Positions 1-10,208 of a DNA stretch of 64,000 nucleotides are shown here, one piece after another. The stretch's first letter is position 1, and the number at the start of each line of letters is the position of its first letter. This DNA comes from Alphaproteobacteria bacterium (lineage in GTDB: Bacteria > Pseudomonadota > Alphaproteobacteria > SHVV01), in the NCBI GenBank assembly GCA_965261735.1, contig OZ253470.1:288001-352000 (forward strand). The letters are read 5' to 3'. Both the position numbers and the translations under genes were made by a program. The notes under the pieces were generated by a model, which saw only the letters and a list, made by a program, of their open reading frames with translations, did no database searches and was not told the DNA's origin.

Positions 1-384
1 GTCGATCAGGACTTCGAACCACAGCATGAAGGTAATCGCGAAACCCACCGGCGCCACGGCGACCGATGCCAACTCATAACCGCCAAGCTGCGTTACCCAT
101 CCGGCGAAACCCCTGAAGGAAGTTACCCCGAGCACGGGCCGGAGGATCTCCATCCAGATCGACGCGGCGCAGATCATCATTGCGGCCCCGTACAGCCCGA
201 AGCGGACCCAGGCGCCCTTCTCCTTGCGGCCGGTGGCAAAGTAGGCCAGCAGCACAAGAGCAAGAACGATGCCGAGTACGGCGATGCAGACATCGGCGCG
301 GCGGAGGTTATTTACCAGAAACGCCGACCAGCCCACGCCGCCGGCGAGCAGCAGGACAGAGATGTAAACGGGTACGAATCGCAT
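1..384 (-). CDS. Polytopic membrane protein, partial (runs off the left edge)
   Basis: Not in the ORF track. ATG at 384 with AAGGAG RBS upstream. Reads MRFVPVYISVLLLAGGVGWSAFLV...FAITFMLWFEVLID, with about 4 hydrophobic segments and no stop to position 1. Confidence 0.7.
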   Translation of the reverse strand, partial: MRFVPVYISVLLLAGGVGWSAFLVNNLRRADVCIAVLGIVLALVLLAYFATGRKEKGAWVRFGLYGAAMMICAASIWMEILRPVLGVTSFRGFAGWVTQLGGYELASVAVAPVGFAITFMLWFEVLID

Positions 385-502
385 TGGTTTCAAGCTCCTT
401 GGTTGTTTGCAGGCGTTATTCCAGACCGATCCGGACAGCGTTCGTCGAAGCCTCCGCCCCGGCATCGCCTGCCATGTGTATTGCTGGGTTTTTCGGTGTG
501 AA

Positions 503-2815
503 TCATCCCCCGCTCCCGGCAATGCCGCCGCCGCGCCGCGGCCCCGCGCCGATCCGCAAACCGCCGACCCGCGAGATGGCGCCGATGGCAGCGCCGCCGA
601 CCCGCTCGCCGCCCTCGTCGCCCGTACCGCCACGCCCGCCGATCCAATCGAGGACGGCCGAGGGCAGCAGGTCGATGAGCTTGAACGAGGCGTTCATCAG
701 GCCGTAGGCGATCATCACGTAGAGGGTGAGCATGGCGAGGAAGCCGATGGGGCCGAGCCCGCCGGAAGAGCCCGCGTCGCGCATCTGCGGCAACCAGACC
801 TCGTTGAAGAGGCCGATCCCGGCCAGGAACACGAAATACCCCACGATCAGGCCGAACAGCATCAGCGGCGGACGCAGGATCAGCCCGGGCAGGAACAGCC
901 AGCCCAGGCGGGTGGCCTGTGTCGCGAGCCGGTTGCCGTCGCCGCGCGTCACATGGGCGGCGGCAAACACGGTGACGGCCAGCACCGCGACGACGACGGT
1001 GACGATCCAGCCGAGAATGGCGAACAGGAAGCGGATGAAGGGTAGCGCCGGCAGCAGGTAGGCAAGCACCGCGCCGGCGATCAGCAGGAGCCCGAGCACG
1101 GTAGAGACGAAGCCGTCGGCGACCTGCCAGACGGATTCGAACATGTCGAGGCCCTTGCCGACGAATGGCACGGATTCGAGCAGCCCCGATCCGGCGGCCG
1201 CGCCCATCAATGCCGTCATGGCAGCGAGCGCCGCGTTCATCAGGCCGTGGCCGAGGGAAGCGAGATCGGCAATGGGATTGCCGCTGTCGGCGACGATCAC
1301 GCTGTCGAGGTCGATGAATTCCATGAGACCCGCCGCCATGGCGCCGCCACCGCCCGGCGCGGGCAACGCGGCGGCACCCCCGGCGGCAGAGGAGAACAGC
1401 ATGGGCTGGTAGCCGCGCGACTGGACCAAGGCAGTCGTCAGCCCCTTGACAGCGGCATCGGCGGCGGGCGCCCATTGCCCCAGGCTCGGCGGCGGCAGGC
1501 TGACGCCCGGAATGTTGTGGGCGGCGGCCTGGAACAGGCCGGTGCGGTGGGCGATGGTGTTGAAGAAGCTCGCGGCCGACATCCAGCTTGCCGCCTTGGC
1601 ATCCTCAGCGACCACACGGGCAAGCTCCGCGCGTTCCTCGGAAGCGGCACGCGCAAGCGCCGCATCGAGCACGCCCGCATAACGCTCGGCAAGGTCCCGG
1701 TCCTCAAGCAGCGCATCGAGATCGGGCAAGGGCCGGCCGTAGGCAGGCGATCCGGTCACATAGTGGGCGGCGAGATCGGCCGCGATGGCGCGGATTTCCG
1801 GCAGCAGTCCGGCCAGCGCGTCGCGATGGCCCTCGGCGGCGATGCCGCGTGCGCCCTCGGCCGCGAGCCCGGCGAAGCGGATCGCGCCGCACAGATTGCC
1901 CGGCATGCCGCGCCCGGCGCCGTCGTAATGCAGGATCCTCGCCCCGATGCGCCGGACCCGGGTGGTGCCAGGGCTCTTGTAGGCCTCGTCGGACTCTCGG
2001 AGTTCTATATACGGTGCATCCCCTGCGCGGGCGGCACTGCCATTGGCGGCATACCGGCAGGTCTCCAGGATCAGTGTTCGGGAGATGGCGGCGCGCCAGA
2101 CGGCCTCGCGGGGCCGGGGCGCGATGGGTTCGCCTTCGCCGAGCGCCTCCTCCGAGAACGGCTCCCACACCGCATTGGCGAAATCGCCGCCGAGGTGGGC
2201 GAGGCCGATCACGGCGTGCTGGGCGCCGTTCATGCCGCCCGGCAGCGGCGCCATCAGGGCGACGGCGGCAACGATGCGCACGATCTCCCAGGCGCCGAAG
2301 CCGAACAGGCCCTCGCGGGCGGTATCGAGGGTGCCAGCCACCGTGTGCCAGACCAGCAGGAACCCCGCCAGCGCCAGCACACCGCCGTTGAAGACGAACA
2401 GCATGTCGCCGAGCACGGAGCTACGGCCCGCGCCGATATCGCCGAGGAAGGCCAGCACGTCCCGTGTCGCACGGTCGGCGTCGGCAAACAGGCCCCGGTC
2501 GATGGTCTGTGCCGCTGCCGGTTCGGCCGCCAACAGGCCCGCGATACCTATGCCGATAAATGCGGCACCGGCGAGCAGGACCAGAAGGCCGATACAGGAA
2601 AGGGCACGCTTCTTCGTCAACCACAGCCTGTTTGCCTTTTGCGTGTTGGCTTCCGGGTCCCCTTTCCTTGTCTCATGCGCCACTTTCGGTGGAGCATTGG
2701 CCGGCACCGGGAGCCGAAACGGCCGCATCCTCTGAACCAACCCGGCCGAAGACCGCGCCGCATCCGTGAGGGAGCGGGTCAATTCCGGGGCGAACAGGAA
2801 GCGGAGCGCGCCCAT
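503..2815 (-). CDS. dotA: DotA/TraY family type IVB secretion inner-membrane protein
   Basis: 770 aa with N- and C-terminal TM clusters. The C-terminal pattern 'LAYLLPALPFIRF..AILGW', 'LRPPLMLFGL', 'FKLIDLLPSAVLDWIG' is typical of DotA/TraY. Fits operon context. Confidence 0.88.
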   Translation of the reverse strand: MGALRFLFAPELTRSLTDAARSSAGLVQRMRPFRLPVPANAPPKVAHETRKGDPEANTQKANRLWLTKKRALSCIGLLVLLAGAAFIGIGIAGLLAAEPAAAQTIDRGLFADADRATRDVLAFLGDIGAGRSSVLGDMLFVFNGGVLALAGFLLVWHTVAGTLDTAREGLFGFGAWEIVRIVAAVALMAPLPGGMNGAQHAVIGLAHLGGDFANAVWEPFSEEALGEGEPIAPRPREAVWRAAISRTLILETCRYAANGSAARAGDAPYIELRESDEAYKSPGTTRVRRIGARILHYDGAGRGMPGNLCGAIRFAGLAAEGARGIAAEGHRDALAGLLPEIRAIAADLAAHYVTGSPAYGRPLPDLDALLEDRDLAERYAGVLDAALARAASEERAELARVVAEDAKAASWMSAASFFNTIAHRTGLFQAAAHNIPGVSLPPPSLGQWAPAADAAVKGLTTALVQSRGYQPMLFSSAAGGAAALPAPGGGGAMAAGLMEFIDLDSVIVADSGNPIADLASLGHGLMNAALAAMTALMGAAAGSGLLESVPFVGKGLDMFESVWQVADGFVSTVLGLLLIAGAVLAYLLPALPFIRFLFAILGWIVTVVVAVLAVTVFAAAHVTRGDGNRLATQATRLGWLFLPGLILRPPLMLFGLIVGYFVFLAGIGLFNEVWLPQMRDAGSSGGLGPIGFLAMLTLYVMIAYGLMNASFKLIDLLPSAVLDWIGGRGGTGDEGGERVGGAAIGAISRVGGLRIGAGPRRGGGIAGSGG

Positions 2816-2820
2816 GGCGG

Positions 2821-3972
2821 TCAGTTCGCTCCAGCGGCCGGGTTGGCGAGGCCGGGCAGAAGCCGCATGCGCTCAGTGGCCAACGCTAGCCCAGTGGCGT
2901 CGATAGCGCCGCGCCGTTCGTCGAGGCGGTAACGGCGCCAGTCGAGCATCAGCGATACCGCTTGCAGGATGACCATCTCGCGCAGCAGGTTCTCCTGGCT
3001 CATCGCTTGCAGATCGACGAACCAGCCGGGGTTCTCGAACCGGCGGCTGGCGAGCAGTTCCAGAAGCTCATAGCGGCTGACCGGGGTTGCCGCATCGCGT
3101 CCCGGCGCGGCCTGGGCGGCCCAGGCCCCAAGCGCGGCGCCCGGTGCGCGCAATGCGCGGGCATGGGCGAAGTAGTCTCCGGCCAACGCGGCGCGGGCGT
3201 CGGCCGAGCGTGCAAGCAGGACGCGGCGGCGCTCCTGATCGGTCTCGGCGGAGGCCAGCGCCGGCGGATCGTGGACCACGGGGACGGCGAGATTGCGCGA
3301 CAGCTCGACCGCCGTACGCAGTTCCGCTTCGTTCGCGAAGGTGCGCCGGTCGAGCAGATTACCGGCCTTCAGGTCGGCGGCGTGGAGCGCATCAGCGCCC
3401 CGGCAGAGCGCGGCATCCTCCCCGGCGCGCGGACCGTTGCAATAGGTGCTCGTAAGGCTCTCGAAGCGGGCCGCGTTGCCGGCCGCAGCGCCTGCATCGG
3501 GCACGGCGGCACGGTCGCCCGCGATACGCCCCGTCTCCGCCCCTGCCGCACGCGTATAGGCGCTTTCGGCCGCTTGCCGGGCCGCGGCAAGCCCGGCCAG
3601 GCCGGTGATCGCGGCGCAGCCGCTGTCCGTGGGCCGACGCGCGCGCATCGCCCTGGTTTCCTCAACCTCGCGGGCGATCTGCGCCTGAAGCTTGGTCTGG
3701 GTGTCGAGTGCGCCGGTCACTGCCTTGGCGCTTTGCGCCGCATAACCCGAGAGCTGGCCCGTTTGCAGGCGCAGAGCCTCGACGATTGTGGCTTCCATGA
3801 CGTCGATTTCCCGGGTGAGACCAGCGAGCACGCGGCTCGCCTCGGCCCGGTCGTTGTCGGTCGGATCGCACGGCGAATGGGCGTGCGCGGGCGGAGCCGC
3901 CAACGTCGCGGTCAACGCCGTGGCAAGGATCACGGCATGGAAGACCGTCAGGCAACGAACGGGGGCACTCAT
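2821..3972 (-). CDS. IcmX/TraW-like periplasmic conjugal transfer protein
   Basis: Signal peptide (…APPAHA). C-terminal 'RRFENPGWFVDLQAMSQENLLREMVILQA' resembles IcmX/TraW. Lies upstream of dotA. Confidence 0.65.
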   Translation of the reverse strand: MSAPVRCLTVFHAVILATALTATLAAPPAHAHSPCDPTDNDRAEASRVLAGLTREIDVMEATIVEALRLQTGQLSGYAAQSAKAVTGALDTQTKLQAQIAREVEETRAMRARRPTDSGCAAITGLAGLAAARQAAESAYTRAAGAETGRIAGDRAAVPDAGAAAGNAARFESLTSTYCNGPRAGEDAALCRGADALHAADLKAGNLLDRRTFANEAELRTAVELSRNLAVPVVHDPPALASAETDQERRRVLLARSADARAALAGDYFAHARALRAPGAALGAWAAQAAPGRDAATPVSRYELLELLASRRFENPGWFVDLQAMSQENLLREMVILQAVSLMLDWRRYRLDERRGAIDATGLALATERMRLLPGLANPAAGAN

Positions 3973-4511
3973 TGCCCACCTCCCAGGATGCCGCGGAAGC
4001 GTTCGGCGTTGACCCTGCTATCCTGCAGGATGTTGCCGTTCCCGGCGTCGGTATCGAGCCCTGGAAGGCGGTGCAGCCCCGGCAACCGGGGCAGCCGGGA
4101 CGTATAGACCGAGGCGTCCAGCGTGCGCCCGACATAGTCGCGGTAGGTGTTCCGCGCGATCTCACAGACCCGGCGCTGTGCCAGGCCGAGGATTTCCTCA
4201 AGCGCGCGGCCGGGATCGAACAGCACGTTGAAGGCCCGGTAGTTGAACAGGTCCTCCAGGCAGGAGAAGTCGAGGATCGAGTCCGGATCGCGGATACCCT
4301 GATCGGGATTGCGGATAACGGCCAGATCCTGCTCGACGCCCCGCGCGGCGCTCCCCGCCAGCGCCTCGCGAATCCCGGGATCGCAGCCCGCTTCAAGTGC
4401 GGCAGGCGGCGGCGCCTGGGCCAGGGCCGGCAAGGCTCCGGGGACGGGGGCGAGCACCGGCGCCAGAAGCGCCAGTGCCGCGAGCACGCGGCCTACGCGC
4501 CCGCTCATCAC
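3969..4511 (-). CDS. Exported hypothetical conjugation protein (3 Cys)
   Basis: Signal peptide; overlapping start/stop with both neighbours. Confidence 0.6.
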   Translation of the reverse strand: MMSGRVGRVLAALALLAPVLAPVPGALPALAQAPPPAALEAGCDPGIREALAGSAARGVEQDLAVIRNPDQGIRDPDSILDFSCLEDLFNYRAFNVLFDPGRALEEILGLAQRRVCEIARNTYRDYVGRTLDASVYTSRLPRLPGLHRLPGLDTDAGNGNILQDSRVNAERFRGILGGGQ

Positions 4512-4996
4512 TGCCTCTCGGCACCGGAAGGGCCGTCCGGCGCGGCGCCATCCAGCTCTCCGGTTGGCGCGGGCGCATCGGTGATCCCGCCAGGACCCCT
4601 GTTTCCCGCTACCTCGCCCATGTCTTCCACGTTTGCCACGCGGCCGTCGTCCTGGCGCGGGGACAGCACGTTGACGAGACCTTGCGGTCCCCCGACAACG
4701 ATTTCCGTAACCCGGCGGTTGTCGCCCTTCTTGTCCTGGTATTCACGCGTGGTAATACGCCCTTCGATCAGAAGCGCGGCGCCCTTGCGGACCAGCTTTT
4801 CGACTGCCGCGACGGCAGCGCCGAACACAACGATCCGGTGCCACTCGGTGGCCTCACCCGTCCCGCCGTCCTTGCGCCGCCATTTGTCGGTGGTGGCCAA
4901 ACTGAATGTGGCGGTTTTCTCACCGCTTTTTATCGTGCGGACCTCGGCGTCGCGCCCTGCGTGGCCCAACAACGTCACCCGGTTCATGTTCAACAT
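4508..4996 (-). CDS. ssb: Single-stranded DNA-binding protein
   Basis: 'MNRVTLLGHAGRDAEVR…ATFSLATT…TEWHRIVVFG…IEGRITTREY' is the SSB OB-fold signature. Lacks the acidic DDIPF tail. Confidence 0.93.
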   Translation of the reverse strand: MLNMNRVTLLGHAGRDAEVRTIKSGEKTATFSLATTDKWRRKDGGTGEATEWHRIVVFGAAVAAVEKLVRKGAALLIEGRITTREYQDKKGDNRRVTEIVVGGPQGLVNVLSPRQDDGRVANVEDMGEVAGNRGPGGITDAPAPTGELDGAAPDGPSGAERQ

Positions 4997-4999
4997 CGT

Positions 5000-7900
5000 T
5001 TATTCCTCCGTTTCGGTTGGTTGGTTGGCCGGTACGGACCGGCCGGTGGAAACCGCCGCGGCCGGATCATCGCCGGCCGGCCCGAAGGCGGATTGGGTGG
5101 TTTCAGCTGTCTGGACGAGTTCGTCCGTGAGGCGATCGAGCACGTCTTCCTCGGTGGCGCCGGCACGGATACCCGCCGCCGCAAGGCGGCCAAGCTCGGC
5201 ATCGATGCGGGAACGCGCGGTACCCGTGGGGAAGGCCCGGGCCAGCACGGCCCGCGCGACGGCCGGCGCCAGTCGCGCCTGAAGACGCGACCGCAGCGCC
5301 ACATCTGCGGGACTGGTGGTCAGCGCCCACAGTTCGGCCGGTCCCGGCGTATTGACGACCAGTTGCTCGAAGCGCCCGCGCGCATCGCTGGCGATCAGCA
5401 GCGCCGGCGCGCCGTCCTTGCCGGGTCCCGGCAGGCGGTAGCGGATGGCGTCCTGGAGGGTTTCGCTTAAGGCGAATATCCCGGACAGCGCCTCGATCTC
5501 GCGGGCCTTGCCGCCTGCACCGAGGATCCAGTAGCGGTTGGCAAGCTCGGTCAGCGCGCCGCCAAAATCCTCCAGCCGCTGCGAGGCCAGGGAAAGACGC
5601 ACCCTGAGCTTGCGGGCCTCGCGCACGTCGCGCTCGACCTGGGCGCGCACGGCGGGCGCTCCAGCGGTGCGATGGAACTCATCAAACGCGAGACGCTTGG
5701 GCGCCTCGCGAATATCGCGCAGGCGGTGCGCGTGCCAAGCCCGGTAGGGCTCGGGGATATCTCGGAGTGAGTCCTCGCCGATCCACCAGTGGCGGGTCAG
5801 CGCATGGCGGGCCAGCAGGTAGAAGGCGGCGGTCTGGCGGGCCGCCTCGGGCGAGCCCTGGGGCGCCACGCCGGCGAGATCGATAGCGGCGATACGCACA
5901 TGCCCGATATCGAAGGCGGTGGGCGCGAACATGATCGGCCAGTCGCCCGAAAGCGCGGTCAAGATGCGGATGAAGGCCTGGGTCACCGTCTCACCACCGG
6001 CGCCATAGGCGGTATCGCCCACGAGCCCCTGTACGGCGGGCTCGCGCACCGCTCCCAGCAGATCGCCCAGCACCGGCACGGCGTAGAGCTGCGCCCGCGC
6101 GGCCGCTGCGTGGGCGCCGGCCTCGAACAACAGGTCGACGATCTCCCACCACAGCGGAGCCTCTGGCGGATCGATCCCGGCGGCGGCCAGCGCCGCATCG
6201 ACCACGGCATCGCGTCCCGCCGTATAGGCGTGCGGCTCGGCGCCGGCGATCTTGTCCGAACGCAGCGCATAGACCGCCGTGATCGCCGGGCCGATCAGCT
6301 CGCGCATGCCGTCGGGGACGCCGTCGGCGCCCGCCGGGGTCATCATCAGACCCAGCAGGTTGACCAGAAAGGCGCGTTCGGCGGGCAGCGGTGCGCGACA
6401 GCCGAGTTGGGTGTCGCACGGGTTGATCGCGTGTTCGGCCGTCATCCGCAGCGCGAACCAGCCAGCCTCGTGCTGGCGCTCCTGCGGTAATGCCTCGCGG
6501 ATCAACGAGATCAATCCGGCGGATGACGGCCCGATATCGATGGTCGCACTGAGTGGCAGCCGGGCCTGACCGCCCTGCAGGCAGAAGGCGAGGCCGAGAC
6601 TGTTCATCAAAACCGACTTGCCCCGCCCGGGGACGCCGTAAATCAACTCGAAACCGTAATCCTCGCCGTCCTCCCAGGCGAACGGCAGGGGCTTGCCGTC
6701 GATTGAGCGGAACAGATGCCCCGCGCCGCTGTTCGACAATGGCGCGGGCCTGCCCGCCGGCAGCAAACGCAGCGCTTCCGTAAGCGGGGCGAGCGCGGGC
6801 TCGGCGGTAGCGCCGCAACAGAACCCCGGCACCGACGCGGCGAGGCTTTCCAGGGGATCGCCGACCAACGGCGTGAACACCGTCTCGCCCCAGCCCTCGG
6901 CAAGCTGCTGCAGGCGGCTCAAGCGCCGGCGCAGCGCGTCTTCCCCGTCTTCCGGCGCAACCCAGGTCAGCAGGCCGAGGCGCAGCCGGACGATTGCATG
7001 GGCGTCGGCGCCGAGCGCGGTGAGGTCGCGCATGGCGTTGCGCACCAGCAGGCTGTCGTCGGACGAGAACGCCAGGAAGGCCGCCGCGACGTTTGTCATG
7101 GCGGAATCCAGGCCGGCAAGGCCGCCGCCCTCGATCAGCACCGAAAAGCGGCAGGGCAATCCTGCATCGGCCAGGCGCTCCATCAGTTCGGAGAACGGAC
7201 GTGCCCGGCGCGGACCGAGCGCCATGTCGAGCGCGCCGTAGAGCCGTTCGCCGATGCGGATTCCGCCCGCTGTCCGCTCGGGATCGCGGATCAGTAGTTG
7301 CGGCCCCAGCGGCGGCGGGAACGCTCCATCCTCGGGTGGCGCGGTCAGGCGCGCGGGCGCGTCGTTGGCGACTGTCACCGGACGCCAATCCGGTGCGGTC
7401 GAGTCCGAGCCGTTCAGCGACCGGCGCAGGGTGGCGCATGCGGCGTCGCTGCCAAGCACCTCGGCCATGATCCCAGCCTCGGCGAACAGCGCCGCGAGGG
7501 TATCGAGGAAGGCCTCGTGCCGGGGCGGGAGGCCATCGGGGGCCAGATACGGGCATTGCGATTCGCTCCCTTCGGGCAGCCATTCGCGGAGCCGCTTTCC
7601 CAGCCGTTTGCGGTCGCGTTTCACCTGGTCAGGGGCCAGCACCGAGGGGCGGGTCCATGCAGCGACAACGAAACTCTCGGCTGCCATCAGCGGCGCCAGG
7701 CGGCGGCCGCGTTCGGCGATCACGTCGCCCAGCGCGAGCCCGAGCCGCTCGCATTGCCGCAGCGTCTGCTCGCCCGCCGACGCGACCAGCCGGGCCGCCT
7801 CGTCCGGCGCGCGCTCGAACACCGCGTGCAGCGCGTGGCCGGGAGCGGTGAAGACGCTGTTGAGGCGGCGCGCGGCGAGTTCGACGAAGCCGTCGAGTTC

Positions 7901-8122
7901 CCGGGCGCCCATCATCGAACGCGTACCGTCAAGGCGGAACAGCGAGACCAGCGAGCCGTCGCGGCAGGCCAGCACACCGGCCCCGCCGGGCAGGGCAAAC
8001 GCCGCGGCGGGCAGCAGGAAACTTTCAAGCGGCTTCTTGCGGACCGCCCAGCTCAGCCGCAGCGCATCCTCGATCGCGCCATACATTGAAAATGGCAGCG
8101 GGAAAGGCATCGAAACGGGCAT
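5000..8122 (-). CDS. icmB: IcmB/DotO/TraU VirB4-like ATPase
   Basis: 1040 aa. Walker A GVPGRGKS, 'IDIGPSS', 'INPCDTQLGCR', Walker B 'FDEFHR', 'DVREARK', 'LWALTTSPAD'. Confidence 0.92.
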   Translation of the reverse strand: MPVSMPFPLPFSMYGAIEDALRLSWAVRKKPLESFLLPAAAFALPGGAGVLACRDGSLVSLFRLDGTRSMMGARELDGFVELAARRLNSVFTAPGHALHAVFERAPDEAARLVASAGEQTLRQCERLGLALGDVIAERGRRLAPLMAAESFVVAAWTRPSVLAPDQVKRDRKRLGKRLREWLPEGSESQCPYLAPDGLPPRHEAFLDTLAALFAEAGIMAEVLGSDAACATLRRSLNGSDSTAPDWRPVTVANDAPARLTAPPEDGAFPPPLGPQLLIRDPERTAGGIRIGERLYGALDMALGPRRARPFSELMERLADAGLPCRFSVLIEGGGLAGLDSAMTNVAAAFLAFSSDDSLLVRNAMRDLTALGADAHAIVRLRLGLLTWVAPEDGEDALRRRLSRLQQLAEGWGETVFTPLVGDPLESLAASVPGFCCGATAEPALAPLTEALRLLPAGRPAPLSNSGAGHLFRSIDGKPLPFAWEDGEDYGFELIYGVPGRGKSVLMNSLGLAFCLQGGQARLPLSATIDIGPSSAGLISLIREALPQERQHEAGWFALRMTAEHAINPCDTQLGCRAPLPAERAFLVNLLGLMMTPAGADGVPDGMRELIGPAITAVYALRSDKIAGAEPHAYTAGRDAVVDAALAAAGIDPPEAPLWWEIVDLLFEAGAHAAAARAQLYAVPVLGDLLGAVREPAVQGLVGDTAYGAGGETVTQAFIRILTALSGDWPIMFAPTAFDIGHVRIAAIDLAGVAPQGSPEAARQTAAFYLLARHALTRHWWIGEDSLRDIPEPYRAWHAHRLRDIREAPKRLAFDEFHRTAGAPAVRAQVERDVREARKLRVRLSLASQRLEDFGGALTELANRYWILGAGGKAREIEALSGIFALSETLQDAIRYRLPGPGKDGAPALLIASDARGRFEQLVVNTPGPAELWALTTSPADVALRSRLQARLAPAVARAVLARAFPTGTARSRIDAELGRLAAAGIRAGATEEDVLDRLTDELVQTAETTQSAFGPAGDDPAAAVSTGRSVPANQPTETEE

Positions 8123-8135
8123 TGCCTGCGCCTTC

Positions 8136-8543
8136 CTAAAGCCGGGGCTTGATCACGGTGTGGCTGCCGCCGCTCAGCCCTAAGGTGTCGCCCAGCGCGT
8201 TGATCACCGCCGGGGCCGCGATCAGCGAGACCCCGATCAGGATGGCGATCAGGCCGCTGCCGATGGTGGTCTGCTGCGGGTGATCGACATGGCGTTTCAG
8301 TTTGAGCAGGCCGAAGCCGACGATGGCGGCACCGATGATGTAGAAGGCCACCGCCAGCAGGGCCGGCACCGACTCCAGGTCGTCCGCCGCCTCCTTCGCC
8401 ATGTCGCCTAGCGAAACCGCCAGCGCCGGTCCCGCTGCTCCCGCCCACGAGACGGCGGAGAAAACCGCGGCAAACAGGCCCGCGGCCCATTCGAGGGAAT
8501 GCCGTTTCAAGGGGTTTGCAATAGTCATCGGTTTTCCTTTCAT
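8136..8543 (-). CDS. icmD: IcmD/DotP (TraR-like) pilin-like protein
   Basis: 'GLLKLKRHVDHPQQTTIGSGLIAILIG' matches the IcmD 'KFKQHKDNPTQ' pattern. Position between icmC and icmB. Confidence 0.75.
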   Translation of the reverse strand: MKGKPMTIANPLKRHSLEWAAGLFAAVFSAVSWAGAAGPALAVSLGDMAKEAADDLESVPALLAVAFYIIGAAIVGFGLLKLKRHVDHPQQTTIGSGLIAILIGVSLIAAPAVINALGDTLGLSGGSHTVIKPRL

Positions 8544-9079
8544 CGGATGTTCAAGACAGCGATGCCGAGACTGGTTTGAACCGCCTCGATCACCGCGACG
8601 ATGTGCCAGGCGGCAATGCCGCCGGCCATGTGCGCGAAGGCCTTGGGACCGCTCGCGCCGGGCTTGCCGTCAGCGGCGGCGCGCAACGTGAAGGCGCCCC
8701 GGATGAAGGCAAACAGCCCAACCAGGCTGACAAGGGTGAAAATGGCAGCCAGCAACGCGTCGTCATCGGCGCCGCGCGCGCCATAACCGAGGCTCGCCGC
8801 CGCCGGGCGTGTTCCGGACCCGAACAGGCTTTCGCCCGCTGCCGAGAGCCACGACGGCAAGGCCGCCATGACGATGCAGATCAGGAAGCTCAATGCCGTG
8901 CCGCCGCCGGAGGGCGCATGAAACTTGTCCTCCGATGTCTTCAGCAACCGCAGCAGGCCTTGCGCGAAGGCGAACAGCGCCAGCACATAGCAAAGCGCCG
9001 AGACCAACAGCAGCAGGCCCGGTTCGAGATCCCGGACCAGCGAGATCATTGCCTGGCCGAGATCGTTGCGTTCAGCCAT
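8540..9079 (-). CDS. icmC: IcmC/DotE (TraQ-like) membrane protein
   Basis: Likely start MAERNDLGQ at 9079. Four TM segments, 'LVGLFAFIRG…KAFAHMAGG' motif. Confidence 0.72.
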   Translation of the reverse strand: MAERNDLGQAMISLVRDLEPGLLLLVSALCYVLALFAFAQGLLRLLKTSEDKFHAPSGGGTALSFLICIVMAALPSWLSAAGESLFGSGTRPAAASLGYGARGADDDALLAAIFTLVSLVGLFAFIRGAFTLRAAADGKPGASGPKAFAHMAGGIAAWHIVAVIEAVQTSLGIAVLNIR

Positions 9080-10208
9080 CGCCGGGGTCTCCGGCCGGGA
9101 GGTTCTCCGGCGTTGTCTCCGCCGGGCGTGGGAACATGACGATGAGTTCGGTGCCGCGGGGAATGCGCACCGTCGGGCGCGCCGGTGCGTTCTCCAGCAG
9201 AATGTCGCCGGCCGAGCGCGCTGCCGTCCCGAGGCCGCTATGGACCGCCTCTCGCGTCGAGCCATGGCGCCGCTCATAGCGCACATCGCCGCTCCCCAGC
9301 GTGACGCTCTCCGCGGGCCGGCCCATCGCCGTCAGGAAGCCCTCCGCGAAACGCACCGCGGCGGGCAGCAGGACGCGCTGGAAGAAATGGCTGTCGACCT
9401 CGCCGGCGATGCCGTAACAGGCGCAATCGAGACCGACCGCCCAGCCGTCGGTTGCCATACGCCGGCCGCGGTATTCCAGGCTGGTGAGCCGCAGCACCAT
9501 GCGCTCGCCGACCTGGGTGAAGGCGCCCGCCGCCACGGCGCCGGCGAGCGGCGGTCCCAGCAGTTCGATCAGCACCGGTCCCGGATAGTCCGAGTTGACC
9601 GCATAAATCGTACGCGCATAGATCCCGCCGCCCGTCGGCGGTAGGGGGATGGACGGTTCGGGAGGTATGGGGGAAGTGGCGGGCGCGGCCGTTTCGGGCT
9701 TGGCGGCCGGATAGCGGATACGGACGATCTGCGGCGGCTTGCTCCAGGTTTGCAGCAGCACGCCGATCAGATCCGATATCCGGTCTTCGGGCCGGCCGGG
9801 CGGGCGGGCCTCCTGCCGCAGCGGGCTGTAGGCTTCGTAGGTGGGCCGCGGCGCCACGCGGCCTCCGGGCCGGTGCTGTGGCGATGGCGGCGTTTCGGTT
9901 AGGGACCGTGTGGATCCCACGCCACCGGCCGGCTGTGTGTAACCGGGCGCCTGGCCACGGCCAGAAAAAATCGGCACGAAGGATTCGCCTTGCCGCCGCG
10001 CCGCGTCGAGCCGAACCCGGTCGCGCTCGTCCAGCGTGTCGAGATAAGCCGGTGGAACGCTGTCTTCAGGGTTGAGTTTGACGCCCCGGTTATCCGGCAT
10101 CTGAGCCCAGGCCGAACTCGGCGAGCCCGAAGACGCGGCGAGCAGAACGCATATAAGAAGAGGACCGCCCAGGATTGCCGCCACTCTCATTATTCTTCTA
10201 GTTTTCAT
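9072..10208 (-). CDS. dotG: DotG/IcmE/TraO VirB10-like protein
   Basis: Pro-rich linker followed by 'YARTIYAVNSDYPGPVLIELLGPPLAGA…GEVDSHF…RPTVRIPRG' VirB10-like domain. Confidence 0.85.
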   Translation of the reverse strand: MKTRRIMRVAAILGGPLLICVLLAASSGSPSSAWAQMPDNRGVKLNPEDSVPPAYLDTLDERDRVRLDAARRQGESFVPIFSGRGQAPGYTQPAGGVGSTRSLTETPPSPQHRPGGRVAPRPTYEAYSPLRQEARPPGRPEDRISDLIGVLLQTWSKPPQIVRIRYPAAKPETAAPATSPIPPEPSIPLPPTGGGIYARTIYAVNSDYPGPVLIELLGPPLAGAVAAGAFTQVGERMVLRLTSLEYRGRRMATDGWAVGLDCACYGIAGEVDSHFFQRVLLPAAVRFAEGFLTAMGRPAESVTLGSGDVRYERRHGSTREAVHSGLGTAARSAGDILLENAPARPTVRIPRGTELIVMFPRPAETTPENLPAGDPGDG

